Part shown: positions 62,854 through 64,000 of the stretch, one piece after another
Layout: every line of letters begins with the position of its first letter
Position numbering within the stretch: the first letter of the stretch is position 1
Source: Andalucia godoyi And28
Lineage: Eukaryota; Protista; Jakobida
NCBI GenBank assembly: GCA_009859145.1
Contig: VRVR01000058.1
Coordinates: 109,382 to 173,381 of the forward strand
DNA length: 64,000 nt
Direction of reading: 5' to 3'
Position numbers and translations under genes: made by a program
Notes under the pieces: generated by a model
The model's input: the letters and a program-made list of their open reading frames with translations, nothing else
What the model was told of the DNA's origin: nothing
The model's database searches: none

Positions 62854-64000
62854 ATGTCTGTTGCACAGTCATCTTCGAACGAAACAGGGCGGGATTCGCA
62901 GGCCCGTATTACTCCTGTGGGCCACAAATCAAAGTCTTCTGTTTTCAAACACATAGTGTACTCTGGAGGTGAGAAAGACCCTGCAGAAAACCAGGGGAAG
63001 GGACCTTGGAAGTGCAAACACTGTGGAATATCTGTTCCAGGATCCGATAATCCGACTCGAGTGTGCGCACACTTCATCACCTGTAAGAACATTCCCGCAA
63101 GCGACTTGGCTGTCTTGTCCAAGCAGCACAGCTCCATTTTTGGGCGCGTTATTTTTTCCCCAAGTTCGGACAACTCGCAATCGTCTTCGTCGTCGTCGTT
63201 GACAATTAGAGAAGATTGTCGCTTGGTTGAGAGTCGTCGACGAGTGCTGACATCAGAGGCAAGTAGCACCACAGAACCAGTGAAGAAAGTTTTCCGCCAG
63301 TCGTCAATCACGTCTTCGACTGTGTCCATTTCCCGTCCTGCCTGGGATGCCTTTGTGCGACACTTTGTGAAAGCAATGTACCAGTGCAATGTTCCCTTCA
63401 GGTTCATTGAAAATGAGCAACTGAAATTCGCATTCGACAGTCTCGGTGTCACTTCCAGATCGGAGTCATTCCCTGCACTGCCGACTCGCCGAGCGGTCGC
63501 TGGTCCACTGTTGAATGAAATGTACCAAGAATGCAAGTTTACGTTCGCAGACGCTTGTTTGAAGGCCCGATGGCTGAGCGTGTCGACCGATTCCTGGACA
63601 AACGCTGTAGACGCTGCAGTGGTCAATTTCATCGTGCACACACCCGCGCCTCTTTTCTTCGATTCCGTTTTCACCGGAGACCACAATCAAGATGCAGAGT
63701 ATTTGGCCGACGTCATACATGCAAAGATGAGAGAAGTCACCCAACATGCGTGCGGTGGAGTAGACAAGTGGAGTGCAATCGTCACAGACAACTGCAACAC
63801 GATGAAGAAAGTATGGAGATTGCTGAAACAAAAGATGCCCAAGCTCGCAACCATTGGTTGTGCGGCTCACATTACACATCTTCTCTTGAAGGATATCTGT
63901 CGAGAGTTGCCGTGGCTTGCCGCAAGCATTGACTTTTGTAACGACTTGACGTCGTTTTTCAGCCGGAAGAAATTGCTTTGGACGAGAATCGAGACGCAAT
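62854..64000 (+). mobile_element. hAT (DUF659-type) transposase with N-terminal BED-like Zn finger, open to the window end
   Basis: My translation has no stop from ATG 62854: VFKHI..WKCKHCG..CAHFITC (BED-like); NVPFRFIEN; LPTRRAVAGPLL; SVSTDSWTN (D); AIVTDNCNTM (D); GCAAH (CxxH). It is absent from the ORF track because it has no stop codon. Confidence 0.92.

Overview
Gene-dense, nearly intronless eukaryotic DNA, most plausibly from an aerobic free-living protist; the organism cannot be fixed from sequence alone. Positions 1-46.7 kb are mostly housekeeping genes rich in homopolymeric amino-acid runs: RNA Pol I largest subunit (3' part), OGG1, a 45-aa BRAWNIN/UQCC6-like microprotein missed by the ORF track, WD40, MTFR-like, carboxylesterase, two related putative Ig-fold transcription factors, MYB, TXNDC9, an intron-containing papain-family protease, an N6-adenine-MTase-like protein, UFL1, UBXN7, an IQ protein, a full-size ABCG transporter, two glycosyltransferases and an SDR. 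Positions 47-64 kb look like an accessory island: a deleted Ty3/Gypsy relic fused to a plant-type LRR fragment, two paralogous giant Cys-rich membrane proteins whose stop codons abut with 0 bp between them, and an apparently intact BED-finger hAT transposase running off the window. The most notable signal is two complementary relics of a Fanzor2/TnpB-like RNA-guided nuclease element. At ~2.3-2.5 kb the N-terminal HTH is joined by deletion to the Zn ribbon and then to a hAT fragment. At ~41.2-41.3 kb the RuvC-III motif is followed by a short hairpin-forming tail that may be an omegaRNA scaffold. No rRNA, tRNA or CRISPR array was recognised.
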